DNA from: the human T2T-CHM13v2.0 reference genome, Homo sapiens
DNA: 64,000 nucleotides
Assembly: GCF_009914755.1 (NCBI RefSeq)
Contig: NC_060945.1
Strand: one strand, 5' to 3'
Position numbers and translations under genes: made by a program. Under the pieces are notes generated by a model. That model had not been told where the DNA came from. It saw only the letters and a list, made by a program, of their open reading frames with translations, and made no database searches. Positions 13,767 through 27,403 of this stretch are shown one piece after another (the stretch's first letter is position 1; each line of letters starts with the position of its first letter).

Positions 13767-14480
13767 CAGTAGTTCCCCCGTTATCTGAGGTTTTCCTTTT
13801 TGCAGTTCCATTTACCCATGGTCTGAAAATATTGAATGGAAATGAAATATTGGTGGAAAATTCCAGAAATAAACAATATATAAGTTTTCAATCATGTACC
13901 ATTCTGATTAGTGTGATGAAATCTTGCACTGTTCCACTCCATCCCACCTGAGATGTGAATCCTTCCTTTGTCCAGCGTCTCCACCCTGTAGATGCTTAGA
14001 AGTCATCTCGATGATCAGATCCACTGAGGTATTGCAGTACTTGCCTTCAGATCACCTTTATTTGACTTCATAATGCCCCAAAGCTTAAGAGTAGTGATGC
14101 TGGCAGTTCAGATATGCCAAAGAGAAGCCGTAAAATGTTTGCTATAAGTGAAAAGGTGAAAGTTCTTGACTTAATAAGAAAAAGATCATTGACTGAGGTT
14201 GCTAAGACCTATGGTAAAGATGAATCTTCTATCCATGAAATTGTGAAGAAAGAAAAAGAAGTGTGTGCTAGTTTTGCTGTTTCAGCTTAAACTGCAAAAG
14301 TTATGGCCACAGTGCATGATGACAGAGCTCAGTTAAGATGGAAAATATATTAAATTTGTGGGTGGAAGATATGAACACACACGTATCTTGACTGATGGTG
14401 ACCAGGTTCAGTACTATCTGTGGTTTAGGGATCCACTGGGGCCTGGGAACATATCTCTTGTGGATAAAGGGGTACTCCTG
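13767..14480 (+). mobile_element. MER44-type (Tigger7-derived) non-autonomous DNA transposon
   Basis: TIRs cagtagttcccccgttatc / gataaaggggtactcctg followed by TA; retains a decayed transposase N-terminus MPKRSRKMFAISEKVKVLDLIRK (CENP-B-like HTH) from 14113. Confidence 0.85.
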
Positions 14481-15218
14481 TAGTTTGCCAACTAGTTCAA
14501 TGAACAGTTATGGATCTTATCTGTATTCCTTGGGCAGAGCATGTGAGATCTCGAGTGGGACATACTGAGTGTTACCGGTGGGTGGCCAGTAAAAAATGAC
14601 AAAACCATCAGCTTAGAGGTTGCATGACCCCTTGCCTTATAACCTGGTCTTTCCTTCCTTTCCATCCTTTTCTATCTATAATTGCTCTTGCTACTCCATT
14701 CTTTTTAAAAACTCACACATCTCTTACATGTCACTAACTTATTATCTGTACTTGACATCTTTTATGGCTTCTGCTCATCTTACAAGCTACTTGCTTACTC
14801 GTTCTCTGCACTTCATCTTTTCAGTTTTATACAACCCATTCATTTTCCTGTCACCTATTACAGAATTGAATATCCTCAATTAATATGACTAATGTTGTAA
14901 CTTCACTTTAGTGAAGGTGACAAATTTCCAAGATTTAAAAAAAAAAAGTGAATTAGAGTTGGCTTATACTTAAGGCATCTGGACATCACATCTGCATGGA
15001 AGGTTTCGGCAGAGTGCACACATTGCAGTTCTCGTCAGTCTCTGCCCACATCACCGGTGGGCCCCAAAGACCCAGGGCTTACCTAGATTAGGGTTTGGAG
15101 GTGGTATCTGATCTAAATAAGATAAATAGGCTGAGGAATTGAGTATGTCCAGATGAGTGAGGCTCAGTGAAGAGAACTGGATGAGACTCCCCTGAAGGGA
15201 GAGAGAAATCTCATCTTC

Positions 15219-15815
15219 TGTGTAGTAAAACCTTGAACCTTGATCAAACAGAGATCTGGCCTTTGCCAATGGCTCCTGGGAGATGATCTCTAAGCCCTTG
15301 AGATTTCATGTCATGGTGTGTCTTTGTTTGCCCGGAAGTTTTGAGCAACACCAAAAATGTGATACAGTGTGGGGGCTTAGGGCCATGTGGTATTTGTTGA
15401 TTTCTGGAGGGGCTGGAGACTGAAGTCAGCCATGTGGGCAGCCAACCAAGTTTAAGTGATGGAGCCCCATTCAAGACTCTAGACATCAAGGCTCAGGAGA
15501 GCCTCCGTGGTTGGCAACAGTCTGTGCATATTGTCCCACACCCATGCTGGGAGAGTGTCACTGTCAGCTCCATGGGAGAGGTTAATGGAAGCTCCACAGT
15601 GGGAACTCTCTTGGGCTTCACCCTATGCTCCTCTTCCCTTGGCTGACTCCGTATCCTTTTCTTGGAATAAACCATAACCATAAGGATAACAGCTTTCAGT
15701 GAACTCTGTGAGACCTTCTAGTGAATTACGGAGCCTCAGGATAGGTACTGTGTTCCCTTGAACTTTGCAGTTAGTGTCAAAAGTGAGAGTCCTGTGGATG
15801 GATAGCTCCCACACT
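15219..15815 (+). mobile_element. ERV solo LTR (MER77/MER21-group-like)
   Basis: ggaggggctggagactg, gaataaaccataacc polyA region, gtgaactctgtgag...agtgaatt; subfamily uncertain. Confidence 0.6.
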
Positions 15816-16462
15816 GCATCTTTCCAAGCAAGAGACAGACAGGAAAGGGATGAAAAAGAATGAAGCTGAGTGTTTCCCTTATGACTAAGTTTGGGACTTC
15901 CCCTTCTCCATCATCCCCTTCCCTTCCCCCTATTTGTCTTGCATGGGACCCCACTGGGGCCAGATTTCCAGTTGTCAATGAAGAAGTGAAAATGTTTGGC
16001 AGAGCACTTACCGTCTTGGATTTCAGAGCATTTTGCACATACATCCTGTTAAGCCTTTCCTACGTTAGAAGGTGAATTAGGAAACTGGGTTCATACTGAC
16101 ACCTTTTGTCTGCTCTCAGGCACAGAATAGGTTCGTGTTTTGGCCCCAGCGAAGAGCAAGCATCTCAAAGCTTCCAATGACAAGGGTCATTGCTCCCAGG
16201 AGGGAGGGTTTCCCTGCCATGCCTGAGCTGGAACCAGCTCATCTTCAGATATATCTCATTCAGCGTTGCAAATCAGAACCACTTGGGCTTTGTTTGGCTT
16301 CAGGTGTTTTTACTTCAACAACTGAACGCAGAAATGAATTAAAGAGAAGCAAAGCCAACCCATCAAGGGCAGTATCAAGTTCAACCATACAAAATTGCCG
16401 TTTTTTGTAGGCCAAATTTATACAGTCCAACTTCATACATACAAGTTCACCAACAGCTAAAG

Positions 16463-16655
16463 CAGTGGTTCTCAGTTTGACTACACATAAGATACACTGG
16501 GGAGCTTTCAAAACAAATAAAACAAAACAAAACAAAAACCACGTCCAGGCCATACCCCAGACCAATTAAATTGAAATTTCTAGGGTTGGAACTCAAGCAA
16601 CAAGATTTTTAACACTCCCCAGGAGGTTTCAAGAGGCAGTCAAGGCTGAGAATTT
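16463..16655. mobile_element. MER5-like hAT MITE
   Basis: cagtggttctca ... ggctgagaa ends; ccccagaccaattaaattgaaatttctaggg core. Confidence 0.7.
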
Positions 16656-16994
16656 CTAAAACAAATTAAAATATGTGGGTTTTACTAAATCATCAGTCAT
16701 CCCTCCTCATGGGCCCCAGTCATTTAACAGACTCTTACCAGGGGCTGACCATGAGCCAGGCATTGATGAGATCCTGGGACAGCAGGGAGCCCCGTTCCCT
16801 TAACTCGTAGCCACTCTGCTTCCTTTCCATCCGTGCCCATCGCTCTGCACAGCTGTACCTGGGGTTATACCTCCGAGTGACAGTGCCCATCTTCAGGTGC
16901 CCTTGGGGCTGGGTGGTTTTCCCAGGTGGGCTCACCTGCAGACCCCTCTTAGCTCTTTGCAACTACCTAGAGGAGAGCACTTTTTCTGGGGTCC

Positions 16995-17090
16995 CCACCT
17001 GGAAAAACAGTTTTCTCTGTCCTCTAGGGCCACGTTTCTCGACACCACCTGGAAAAACAGTTTTCTCTGTCCTCTAGGGTCACGTTTCTC
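16995..17090. repeat. Tandem duplication, period 50 bp
   Basis: ccacctggaaaaacagttttctctgtcctctagggYcacgtttctc at 16995 and 17045, one mismatch in 46 bp. Confidence 0.95.
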
Positions 17091-17520
17091 AAGATATGGT
17101 CCAGGGACCACCTGCTTCTAAACAACAAAGGGATGTTTGTTTCAATGCAGGTCCTGGGCCCACCCTAGACCAGTTCACTCTTTGCTGGTGGATCATGGGA
17201 GTCAACATTTTAAACAAGAGCCTCTCCCTAAGATGTCTGCTATGCGCCCAGAGTTTGAGAACCAGCCAAGGGACTCAACCTGGCTGCCTGGGCACAGGGT
17301 CAGTGACCTCCCTTTTCTCACATCTCTTAGCCCAGGCTGGCCACCCCCATCACTGACCAGGGACCACATGGAGCAGGCTGGTCTCCCTGGCAGCACTGGC
17401 CCCGTCCCTTTGGATTTCCGTGTCTCAGGTTTGCTCTGACTCTCACATCTTGTGAGATGTTGGAGCTCTGAAATACCTCAAACCTCCCCTCAGCCTAAGG
17501 GACAGGTCTGATTACATGCA

Positions 17521-17956
17521 CAGTTGACCCTTGAATGACATGATTTGAACTGTGCAGGTCCACTTCTACGTGGATTTCCTTCTGTCTCTGCCACCCCCGA
17601 GACAGCAACACCAACCCCTGCTCTTCCTCCTTCTCAGCCCACATAACCCGAAGACAATTATGATGAAGACCTTTATGATGCCCCACTTCCACTTAATCAA
17701 TAGTAAATGTATCTTCTCTTTCTCATGATTGTATTAATAACGTTTTCTTTTCAATAGTTTATTTATCGTAAGAATACAGGATATAATACATGTAACATAC
17801 GATGTGTGTTAATCAACTGTTTGTGTTATTGGCAGGGCTTCGGGTCAACAGTAGGCTATTAGAAGTTAAGTTTTGGGGGAGTCAAAAGCTGTACTGGGGT
17901 TTTCCACTGCATGGGGGTCAGCACTCCTAACCTCTGCATTATCCAAGGGCCAACTA
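17521..17956. mobile_element. Tigger2-derived MITE (Tigger2a/MER28-like)
   Basis: TIRs cagttgacccttgaa / tccaagggccaacta; typical internal gatgaagacctttatgatg. Confidence 0.85.
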
Positions 17957-18591
17957 TATCATCTATCTATCCATTCATCCACCCGTCTGTTTCTCTCCTC
18001 CTCCTCCTGCTCCTCTTCTCTCTCTCCTCGCCCCTCTCTCTCTCATACACACACACACACACACACACACACATCCCACACCCACTGTGCACCAGGTACT
18101 GTACTAAGCACTTGAGATATAGAAATGAACAACACAAACATCTCTGCTCTTAGGGAGCCTCTATCCCAGTGAGGACAGAGAGACAATGTTTTCTGGGGAA
18201 GTGGTAACTTCAAGGACACAGAATTGTTAGGAAGATATTCTCCCAGGAATAAAATATAATATTTTAATGGCTTTGTCATTCCCTCTTTAACATCTTTCCC
18301 CTTCCTCTACAACTGAAGAATAAGGGGCAGAGGATTCCTGCTTCACGTGGAAGAAGTCTGAGTTCTACCTCTGCCTGTTAAAGAGGATATGCACTGGGGC
18401 AGTTGCTGAAATAGGTGTGGCTTGTTAATTCTTGAGACAAAACCAGAATGAATGAGAGGTCTTGCTGGCTAGTTCAGTATCAGGTGAGGGGTGGAAATGA
18501 GCTAGAAGGGTGAAAATACCATGTTATTTTAATCACAGTGATGGTTCACGTCAGGCTCCATAGACCCAGCTGGAATCCCAGAGGCTCATTT

Positions 18592-20448
18592 CCTCCATCC
18601 AGGTCTATTCCACCCAGGTCTATTCCATCCAGGTCCATTCCATCGAGATCCACTCCATCCAGATCCACTCCATCCAGGTCCTCTCCATTCGGGTCCACTC
18701 CATCCAGGTCCACTGTATCCAGGTCCACTCCATCCAGGTCCACTGTATCCAGGTCCACTCCATCCAAGTGAATTCCATCCAGGTCCACTCCATCCAAGTG
18801 AACTCCATCCAGGTGCGCTCCATCCAGGTGCACTCCATCCGGATTCACTCCATCCAGATCCACTCTATCTGGGTCCACTCCATCTGAGTCCACTCCATCC
18901 AGGTCCAATCCATCCAGATCCACTTCATCCAAGTCCACTCCATCCAGATCCACTCCATCCAGGTCCACTCCATCCAGGTGCACTCCATCCAGTCCACTCC
19001 AACCAGATCCACTCCATCCGGGTCCACTCCATCCGGATCCACTCCATCCAGATCCACTTCATCCATATCCACTCCATCCAGATCCACTCCATCCAGGTCC
19101 ACTGTAACCAGGTCCACTCCATCCAGGTCCACTGTATCCAGGTCCTCTCCATCCAAGTGAACTCCATCCAGGTGTACTCCATCCAGGTCCACTGTATCCA
19201 GGTCCACTCCATCCAAGTGAACTCCATCCAGGTGTGCTCCATCCAGGTGCACTCCATCCGGATTCACTCCATCCAGATCCACTCCATCCACATCCACTCC
19301 ATCCGTGTCCACTCCATCTGGATCCACTCCATCTGGTCCACTCCATCTGGGCCCACTCCATCCGGGTCCACTCCATCTGGATCCACTCCATCCAGGTCCA
19401 CTCCATCCAGATCTACTTCACCCAGATTCACTCCATCTGGGTCCATTCCACCCAGATCCACTCCATCCTGGCCCACTCTATCCAGGCCCACTCTATCCAG
19501 ATCCACTCCATCCAGATCCACTCCATCCAGGCCCACTCCATCCAGGTCCACTCCATCCTGGTCCACTCCATCCAGGTCCACTCCATATGGGTCCGCTCCA
19601 TCTGGGTCTACACCATCCAGGTCTGCTCCATCCAGATCCACTGTATCCAGGTCCGCTCCATCCAGATCCACTCCATCCAAATCCACTCCATCCAGGTGCA
19701 CTCCATCCAGATCCACTTCATCTAGATCCACTCCATCCAGGTGCACTCCATCCAGATCCACTTCATCCAGATCCACTGTATCCAGGTCCACTCCATCTGG
19801 GTCCACTCCATCCAGGTGCACTCTATCCAGGTGCACTCCATCCAGGTGCAATCCATCCAGGTGCGCTCCACCCAGGTGCACTCCATCCGGATTCACTCCA
19901 CCTGGTCCACTCCATCTGAGCCCACTCCATCCTGGTTCACTCCATCCAGGTCCGCTCCATCCAGATCCACTGTATCCAGGTCCACTCCAACCAGGTGAAC
20001 TCTATCCAGGTCCCCTCCATCCAGATCCACTTCATCCAGATCCACCCCAATTCAGGCCCACTTCATCCAGATCCGTTCCATCCAGGTCCAATCCATCCAG
20101 GTGTGCTCCATCCATGTGCACTCCATCCAGATTCACTCCATCTGGATTCACTCCACCTGGTCCATTCCATCTGAATCCACTCCATCCAGGTCCACTCCAT
20201 CCAGGTGAACTCCATTCAGGCCCACTCCATCCAGGTCCACTCCATCCGGGTCCACTCCATCTGGGTCCGCTCCATCTAGGTCCACTGTATCCAGGTCCAC
20301 TCCATCCAGGTGAACTCCATCCAGAGCCACTTCATCCAGATCCACTCCATTTGGGTCCACTCCATCTGGGTCCACTCCATCCGGGTCCACTCCATCCAGG
20401 TCCACTCTATCTGGGTCCACTCTATCCAGGTCCACTCTATCTAAGTCC
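18592..20448. repeat. 15-bp minisatellite (VNTR), consensus CCACTCCATCCAGGT, about 124 units
   Basis: Directly visible; yields stop-poor pentapeptide ORFs (STPSR, PLHPG, HSIQV, DLDGV, WTWME). Confidence 0.98.
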
Positions 20449-21320
20449 CAGCATAGGCATACTCAAACTGAGGGATGTTTGCTTAAAAGAAAAAACCTAT
20501 TGACAAAGATGTGGACTGGTTTAGAGAAACCACAAAAGACAGTGCAGAAGCCTGGGGACCAGCAAGAGCATAGTGCTGTTACTACCCTGATACAGTTTGG
20601 ATGTTTGTTTCCTCCAAATCTCATGTTGAAATGTGATCCCCAATGTTGGAGGTGGAGTCTACTGGGAGTTATTTGGGTCATGGGGGTGATCCCTCACGAG
20701 TAGCTTGGCACTGTCTTTACAGTGGTAAAGTGAGTTCTCACTCTATGAGTTCACAAGAGATCTAGTTGTTTAAAACAGTGTGGCACCTCCTCCCCCCTCT
20801 CTTGCTCCCTCTCTCGCCATGAGACAGACCAGCTCCCCTTCACCTTCCACCATGATTGCAATCTTCCTGAGCCCCTCGCCAGAAGCAGATGCCAGCATTG
20901 TTTCCTCTACAGCCTGCAGAACTATGAGCCACATAAACCTTTTTCTTTATAAATGATCCAGCCTCAGGTATTTCTTTGTAGCAGGGCAAATGGACTAGTA
21001 CATACCCCTTTCTTGGAGGGGCAAAGACAGGAAGTGGTTACCCCCAATCAAAGAGGGCAGCAGAACAGCAAGGGCTATCTGAAAGAGGCTGTGTCATCTG
21101 CTGGCTTGACCCAGCCAACTTTGAGCAACTCAACAGAAAAGGAGCTGGGAAAATAAATATCTGGAGCTCTCTCCCGTATCCATCCTCTGCTCCCTCTCAC
21201 TGTGCTGGTGCCTCCCACTGGAAGCCAGAGTGGAGGGAGGTTGTGATACAACCTACGTGGGTCAGGCCCACCTTTCAGGGTTTAGTGCCAAAGGCAGGAG
21301 GATAGATGGAAATCACTGGC
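20449..21320 (-). mobile_element. Old ERVL LTR (LTR33-like), split by an MST insertion
   Basis: gcatactcaaactgagg...acaaagatgtgg...gaaaccacaaaagacagtgcag...gctgttactaccc resembles my recall of antisense LTR33; similar to 38085-38455. Confidence 0.5.
20588..21002 (+). mobile_element. MSTB-like MaLR solo LTR
   Basis: tgatacagtttggatg ... ggactagtaca; perfect TSD taccc at 20583-20587 / 21003-21007. Confidence 0.9.
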
Positions 21321-23504
21321 ATGACCATTTATCATAGCATATCCAGAGGACCATATTCCCAGGGAAAGGGTTTTGAAAGCCCAGGCCTTCATGAACTCAA
21401 ACACCCTCCCCTCCATCAGCTATACAACTAAGCCCCTTGTAGCTACAGAGAACTTGCCCCCTTCTTATCCTTTCTGTGGGTGATCCAGAGTAATATCTGG
21501 AGAGAGAAAGCTGCTAAATTGCATGAGGTTCTTCCAAGTCATTCATTCAGATGACCCCTTTCTTCCCATTCTGCTGTTTTGCCTGTAGTGCTAGCCATCT
21601 GTGGGATGTGCATGCATGCAAGTGTATCTTTGGTCCATAGTGCTTGGATGACAGCCACAGATCTTACTAACTGGCTCTTCTGGAGATGATGGGCTCCAGC
21701 ATGTGGTCAAAGCTGCTGCTGGTGCTGGTGGCCACTGAGCCCCAGGAAATGAAGAGGAGGTTTCTCCCTCATGCACTTTCCTCCTTGCAGGGGTAAGCAC
21801 TGCTCAGTGTCACGTGCAGCTGAGGCAGAATTGTTGGAAAGATACTCCTAACAATTGTTTCCCTGCTCCCCCCACCCCCCACCCCCAGACGTACAGGGAT
21901 GGCCTCAGCCTGTCTGACACTACAGATGTTGGAGTTCCCAATTTTGTGTGTGGGAGGTTAGGGTGTGTGAAGGGAAGCTAGAGGTTTGATGAACAGAGAA
22001 CCCCGAGAATGGAATAATTAGGGAACATTTCCCAAGACCCAAAACAAAACTGTTTCCACTCTGATGGCAGAGTCTAGGATAGCATTTTTAGAGGCCCCTT
22101 GCTGCTTTTTAAATCCTGAAAAGGTAGCATGATGTCATTGGTGCCTCAGTTTGCATGCATTTATTAGGTCCCCTGTGTCTCAGACAGGAGCAGCGCTTAT
22201 AGCATGGAAGCAGGGGGCCCCAGACCTGGGAGGAGACAGGGATAGGTGAAGGCTGTTAAGATGGGCCTCGGCTATTGCAGACTCTTACCCAAGCCCAGCA
22301 TCTGTTTCTAAAATCCTAAATGGAAACTCACCAGACAGCCCAGGAGCCCCTGGGGGCTTCTCTAGAGGAAGTGTGAGTTTTCCTGTCTGCTCGGGCAGGG
22401 TGAGAACCCCTGCACCCTCTTTCTCCTTCATCTCATCTTCATCCAGGGAGGTCCCGGACTTAGCTAGGAAAATGGTAATCCAGAGACAATCTTTGTTGGC
22501 TAAAGTGCTCCTGGAACTAAAAGTGAGGATTCAACATGTGTGAGAAGAGACAGCCCCACCACGCTCATGATGTGTAGAAGCACCTTGCTTGTGAGCTAGA
22601 CTTGCACTGGCCAACTGGTGGGGCAGGAGAGAGGCAACGCACAGAAACCATGCTTCCATAAGGAATTCTGCTTGTATTGTACAGGCCAGGTTTGCATTTT
22701 CCAGAAAGGCCAGGGTAGAGGCTTACTAATCACCCAAGACTGTGAAATCAGGCAGAAGAAACAGCAAGGGCTGCTTTTCTGGGGGTGAAAAGAAAACAAG
22801 CTGCCATACAAGCTGGGTGGGGTGAGAGCCTGGGAGGGGCAGGCAACCAGACCCGTCATCCTCAGGCCCCAGGGAGGACTCTGTCCACTGGCGGGGGCTG
22901 GACCTCCATCCTGTTCAGCATGACCAGACTAGCCATCTTCTGATCTTCTTCAGGCAGCCCCCAAATCACTGCCCAACCCTGCAGGAGGCCCTGCCACATA
23001 GCCTTTGCCAGAGACAGTCACCCCAATGTGTTCTTCTGGGCCCTCCTTGCCTCAAAGGCCACACAAGGCGTGTTCCTCACAGCCTGCACTTTGTTGGTTA
23101 GGAGGTCATTCTTCTGAGTAACGAAGGGAAAGATTTTAGTTCCCACCATCTCCCTCAGTAGATATTCCCCTACATGGCCCTGAAGTGTGGCTACCATGAC
23201 TCACTGCACCTGTAAGTACAGAACATGACCCTGAGGTTGGGAGGCCCCAGCTGTACCCACCTCTTTACTGAAAAATCACCTTGGAGCTTCTTGCCATGAG
23301 ATGCTGCTGGTGTGTTGAGGAAGCATAGACTAACTACACAGGGTTCTCCCTACTGACAGAGAACAGTTCATGTATGTTTGTTAATGAGATAAGATGATCC
23401 TGGGTCTAGGGTCTTACAATTTTACCCTTAAAAAAATTTCAAACATTTATTTCAGCCTTACCAAAAGGAATCTAGAGAATGCATTCCTATTTGGTTGTCT
23501 GGAG

Positions 23505-23732
23505 CAGGGATTTTCAACGTTGGCACATTGACATTCTGGATTTGATCATTCTTTGGAGTGGGGCTGTTCTGTGCCTTGTAAGATGTTGAGCTGCATCCCT
23601 GGCCTCTACCTACTAGATGCCAGTAGCACCCACTACACCCAGCCACTCATGACAAACAAAAACGTCTCCAGACATTGTCAAATGTCCCCGGGGCGGTGGA
23701 GGTGGGGAACCACCCATGGTTGAGAACCATTG
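23505..23732 (-). mobile_element. MER20 hAT MITE
   Basis: catccctggcctctacctactagatgccagtagcacc; aaacgtctccagacattgtcaaatgtcccc; ggttgagaaccattg end. Confidence 0.9.
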
Positions 23733-23949
23733 CTGTTAGAGCAATTTTATTCAAACAGGAAATATGTATCAAATACCCGTGTGATAATTCAATATTTAAA
23801 CATCTTACCTGAACCAGGAACTGGAGGGGTAAAAGTGTGACTAAGACATTATCCCTGTTCTTTGTGAGCTTGCAATGTGGGACTGGGAATGTCCCGCAAA
23901 TGACTGGATAGAAGACAAAAAGTAGGTGCCTAAAAGCGGTCCTTACTGA

Positions 23950-24250
<301 letters not shown>

Positions 24251-25240
24251 GAGCCTCACTCTTGATTGCGAATGAAGTGTCTTTCCCAGAAAGGCCCCAG
24301 CAGACTCCTCCTATTTCTCATTGGCCAGCAAGGTGTCACATGCTCACTTCAAGACCAATCACTAATCAAAAGGAAGGTGATTGCAAGATAGGCTTGGCCA
24401 ATCATGACTCATTCTCTAGGGTGCAGTGTTTTTGTATGCTCACCCACTTACCTGCAAAGTCCATTTTTTAGTTTTTTATTTTTTTGCAGGAAATTAAATG
24501 GAATAACTGCTGATGATTCAGCTAATGGTGTCTGCCACACCATGTCCCAAGCTTAGGTCTTCCTGACCCTCTTTCATCCATTTCATAACACCCATAAAAT
24601 ATACTCTTCTCTTTGCAGTCACAGAAACTGCCTTTTTTGGGGGTGGGGAGTTCTTTCTATGAGAAAGCCAAGTTGAGGCTGCTTTTGATAATGTCATAGT
24701 AAAGTACATTGTGTCAAGAACAGACTGATAAAGGGACGAGTGGGTTCTGCCTCAGCATGTGAACAGTTCATTATGGTTGCCGAGTCGATTCATGCTTTGA
24801 CCAAAAGTGTTTGCCAAAGCCCAGAGGCCAACATCAGCATTATTAATAAATTGGCTGTTATTAATAACAGCCAGGCCACACAAAGAAACCGCTGGTTATG
24901 CTTCAAGTGCTTGTGATCAACCACTGTGGGCGCTTGCATTGATATAGAGCTGTTGAGTGACGGTGCCTTGTCTGGTCAGTTATGTGTTAGGTTGTTCTGC
25001 CCGTGGCTGATGTCTGTGCAGGCTGATATCATGGCAGCCACCATTTATTGTGTATATACTATTTGTCCCCTTACGTGCATTACTTCATTTAACACTCACA
25101 ATAGTCCTGGGAAGCAGGTATTGCCATCACCGACAGACACACAAGGAAGTTGACTCAGATAGAGACAGTAGGTTCCTAATGTCACCCAGCTAGTACTGGG
25201 CAAGACCAACAACCAGGTTACCCCATGCTTGTCTGTGCAG

Positions 25241-25630
25241 TGTGGCAGGCCCCCCACCAGGTTACTTCAGGGTGTATGTCCACTGCCTGAACTCTGAAGG
25301 CCAGTTGATGAGCCAAAGCCATCATGCCCAGCCAAACAGCAGACGTCCCTGATAACCCAAACATCTTGTAGTGTATCTGAGAACCCATCAAGGAAAACAG
25401 TCCCATCACACACACAGCGGGCAAAGAGCCAGAAAATTAGCTTAAGGATGGGAGGCAGTGCAGATCTCTAAAGCTATTCTGCTGCCATCCAGGAGAGCCT
25501 CACATGTAAGTTCTAATAAACTAATCTACTCACTAAGAATGACTTGTGTCTGAGTCATTCTGTGTTCTTTTGGCTCCCTCCTAGTTTGGGGAAGGTTTTT
25601 CTATATGATTCTGGGTTTTTCTGCATATCA
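25241..25630 (+). mobile_element. ERV solo LTR (LTR47-like)
   Basis: tgtggcaggccccccaccaggttac start; ctaataaact polyA signal; ...atatca end; family name from recall. Confidence 0.6.
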
Positions 25631-27403
25631 GATGCTAAATGGGCTTGGGAAGATAAAGGAGGGGCCCTCTGTTAGGTTAAGGAATAGAGAAAAGAAAGTG
25701 AGCACAGATGTAAGATGCTGAAGGCTGTTACATCAACCTTGGAGGGCGGAGGACCAGCATTCTCTCTCATCTTCTCCAGGGTCCACATGACACTCAAGAA
25801 TTGCTGGACCCCTTTGGGCTACCCATGCCTGCCCTTTTGCAGATGTTCCCTTAACATCACCTGATGATGCCTTTCTTTTCCACCCTCCCTCCCCAAACAA
25901 TTGACACCCCCCCATTTTGAACCTTCACAATGGAATATCCATCAGCATAGGTCCTTACTTCACAGGCTGGTTCTATCTGCAGCGTTCTCCACCACACCTT
26001 CACGTGAGCATGATCTCACCTTCCTTCAAATACCAGCTCAAGTGCCACTACCTCCACGAAGTCCACCTGGGTCCTCTGTATGCTTCTAGCAATTTCAAGG
26101 GGTGCCCTTTTGTTGCTTAATTTGTCTTGCATTAGAGCTTGCTGTGGGGCATCTGACTCTCAACCCAATTACGAGTCCTTCAAGGGCAGGGACTTCAGCA
26201 TCCCTCCCTAGTACCTAACAGGGTATCTTGCAAGATACATAAGTTTATTTAATTGGATGAAAGTGGATAATTCAGAATTGATTGCTTGACGTGATCAAGC
26301 TTCAGCAACAGCCTTCATAAAGAAGCTAAATGTGTCCAGCTCGCATTTTGAGTGTCTGCACTTTACTCTGGGCTTTTTACTGGATCTGTCCTGCAAATTT
26401 AGTCTCAGCTCAGAGAAGCTGAATGCATACTGAAATAACTCAGCAAAATGTCCCTGACCCTCTGACATGTGATGCTTCATCACTGAAGTATTCCTGGTCA
26501 AATCACGCTCTTATCAAAGACCATTTCTCATGCGCCTTCCCATTCTCCCCCTACACATATACCCCAAAGACACAGGAGAGTTTAAATCTTATTTTATAAA
26601 GAAAGCATCAGAAAAGATTCTCTGTGGCAGAAGATATTAGTGGCTTGAGAACAATTCATGTCTAGCTGGAATGGGAGTGATTGAAGTGTTTTTGTGCATG
26701 CAGTAGATTAATGTGACATAAAATGTCGTCTGAGAATTCAGCTAGACCTAGTGGGCCCCAGGGGCTAGAGTTGGCTTCTATTGCAATGAATCTCAGAGCT
26801 TTAGGATGGACTATAGTTTGGAATACAAGGAAGTGTCTGAATATGAGGACAATTTCCCTCTCTTCACATTTGCCTGGACACCAATCCAATTCTGAGATCC
26901 AATCATCCTTCATGTCTTTGCTTACTGGGAGCCTGGCCTGAGTTACCAGCTGGGGTTTCCAAAGTGATGTGACACCACAGCCCTAAGATGCTCCCAGTCT
27001 AGGGGTGGTGAGTAGCAGAGCGCACAATAGCAGCACCAAGGGCAGCTTGGGAAGGGGCTTTCGCACCCGTCTTCACCCTTCCCCCACCTTTCTTTGATAT
27101 GGACCACCAACATTATCTCCATCATAGTGAATCAATGGCTTCAAGACCTGCTTCCAATGAGATGTTGCCCCCAAGACTTTCCTCTATACAAATTCTGGGC
27201 CTGTCACTGGGCAACAGGAGTGGGAAAGTGACCAGACCTCCCCGGTGTCTGGTTGGAGTTCGAGGCCCACAAGGCAAGGACTCTGGAGTAAGGGAGATGC
27301 AGCCAGTTGGGTTTAGAGGAAAGGCTTTGCTCTCCTAGTGACTAGGGCAGCTGGAAGACAGAGTGTTGGGAGGTAGGTTGGAGAGGGTAGTCATAGCCTC
27401 CCT

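Noticed and set aside
18592-20448. CRISPR-like array interpretation of the VNTR or of the 40969-41088 repeat
   Set aside because: Units are contiguous without unique spacers, the context is primate DNA, and there are no cas genes.
19157-20503. 448-aa ORF, the longest in the window
   Set aside because: It lies almost entirely within the 15-bp VNTR, whose unit lacks stops in most frames. The peptide repeat changes at unit indels, and there is no promoter, splice or homology support.
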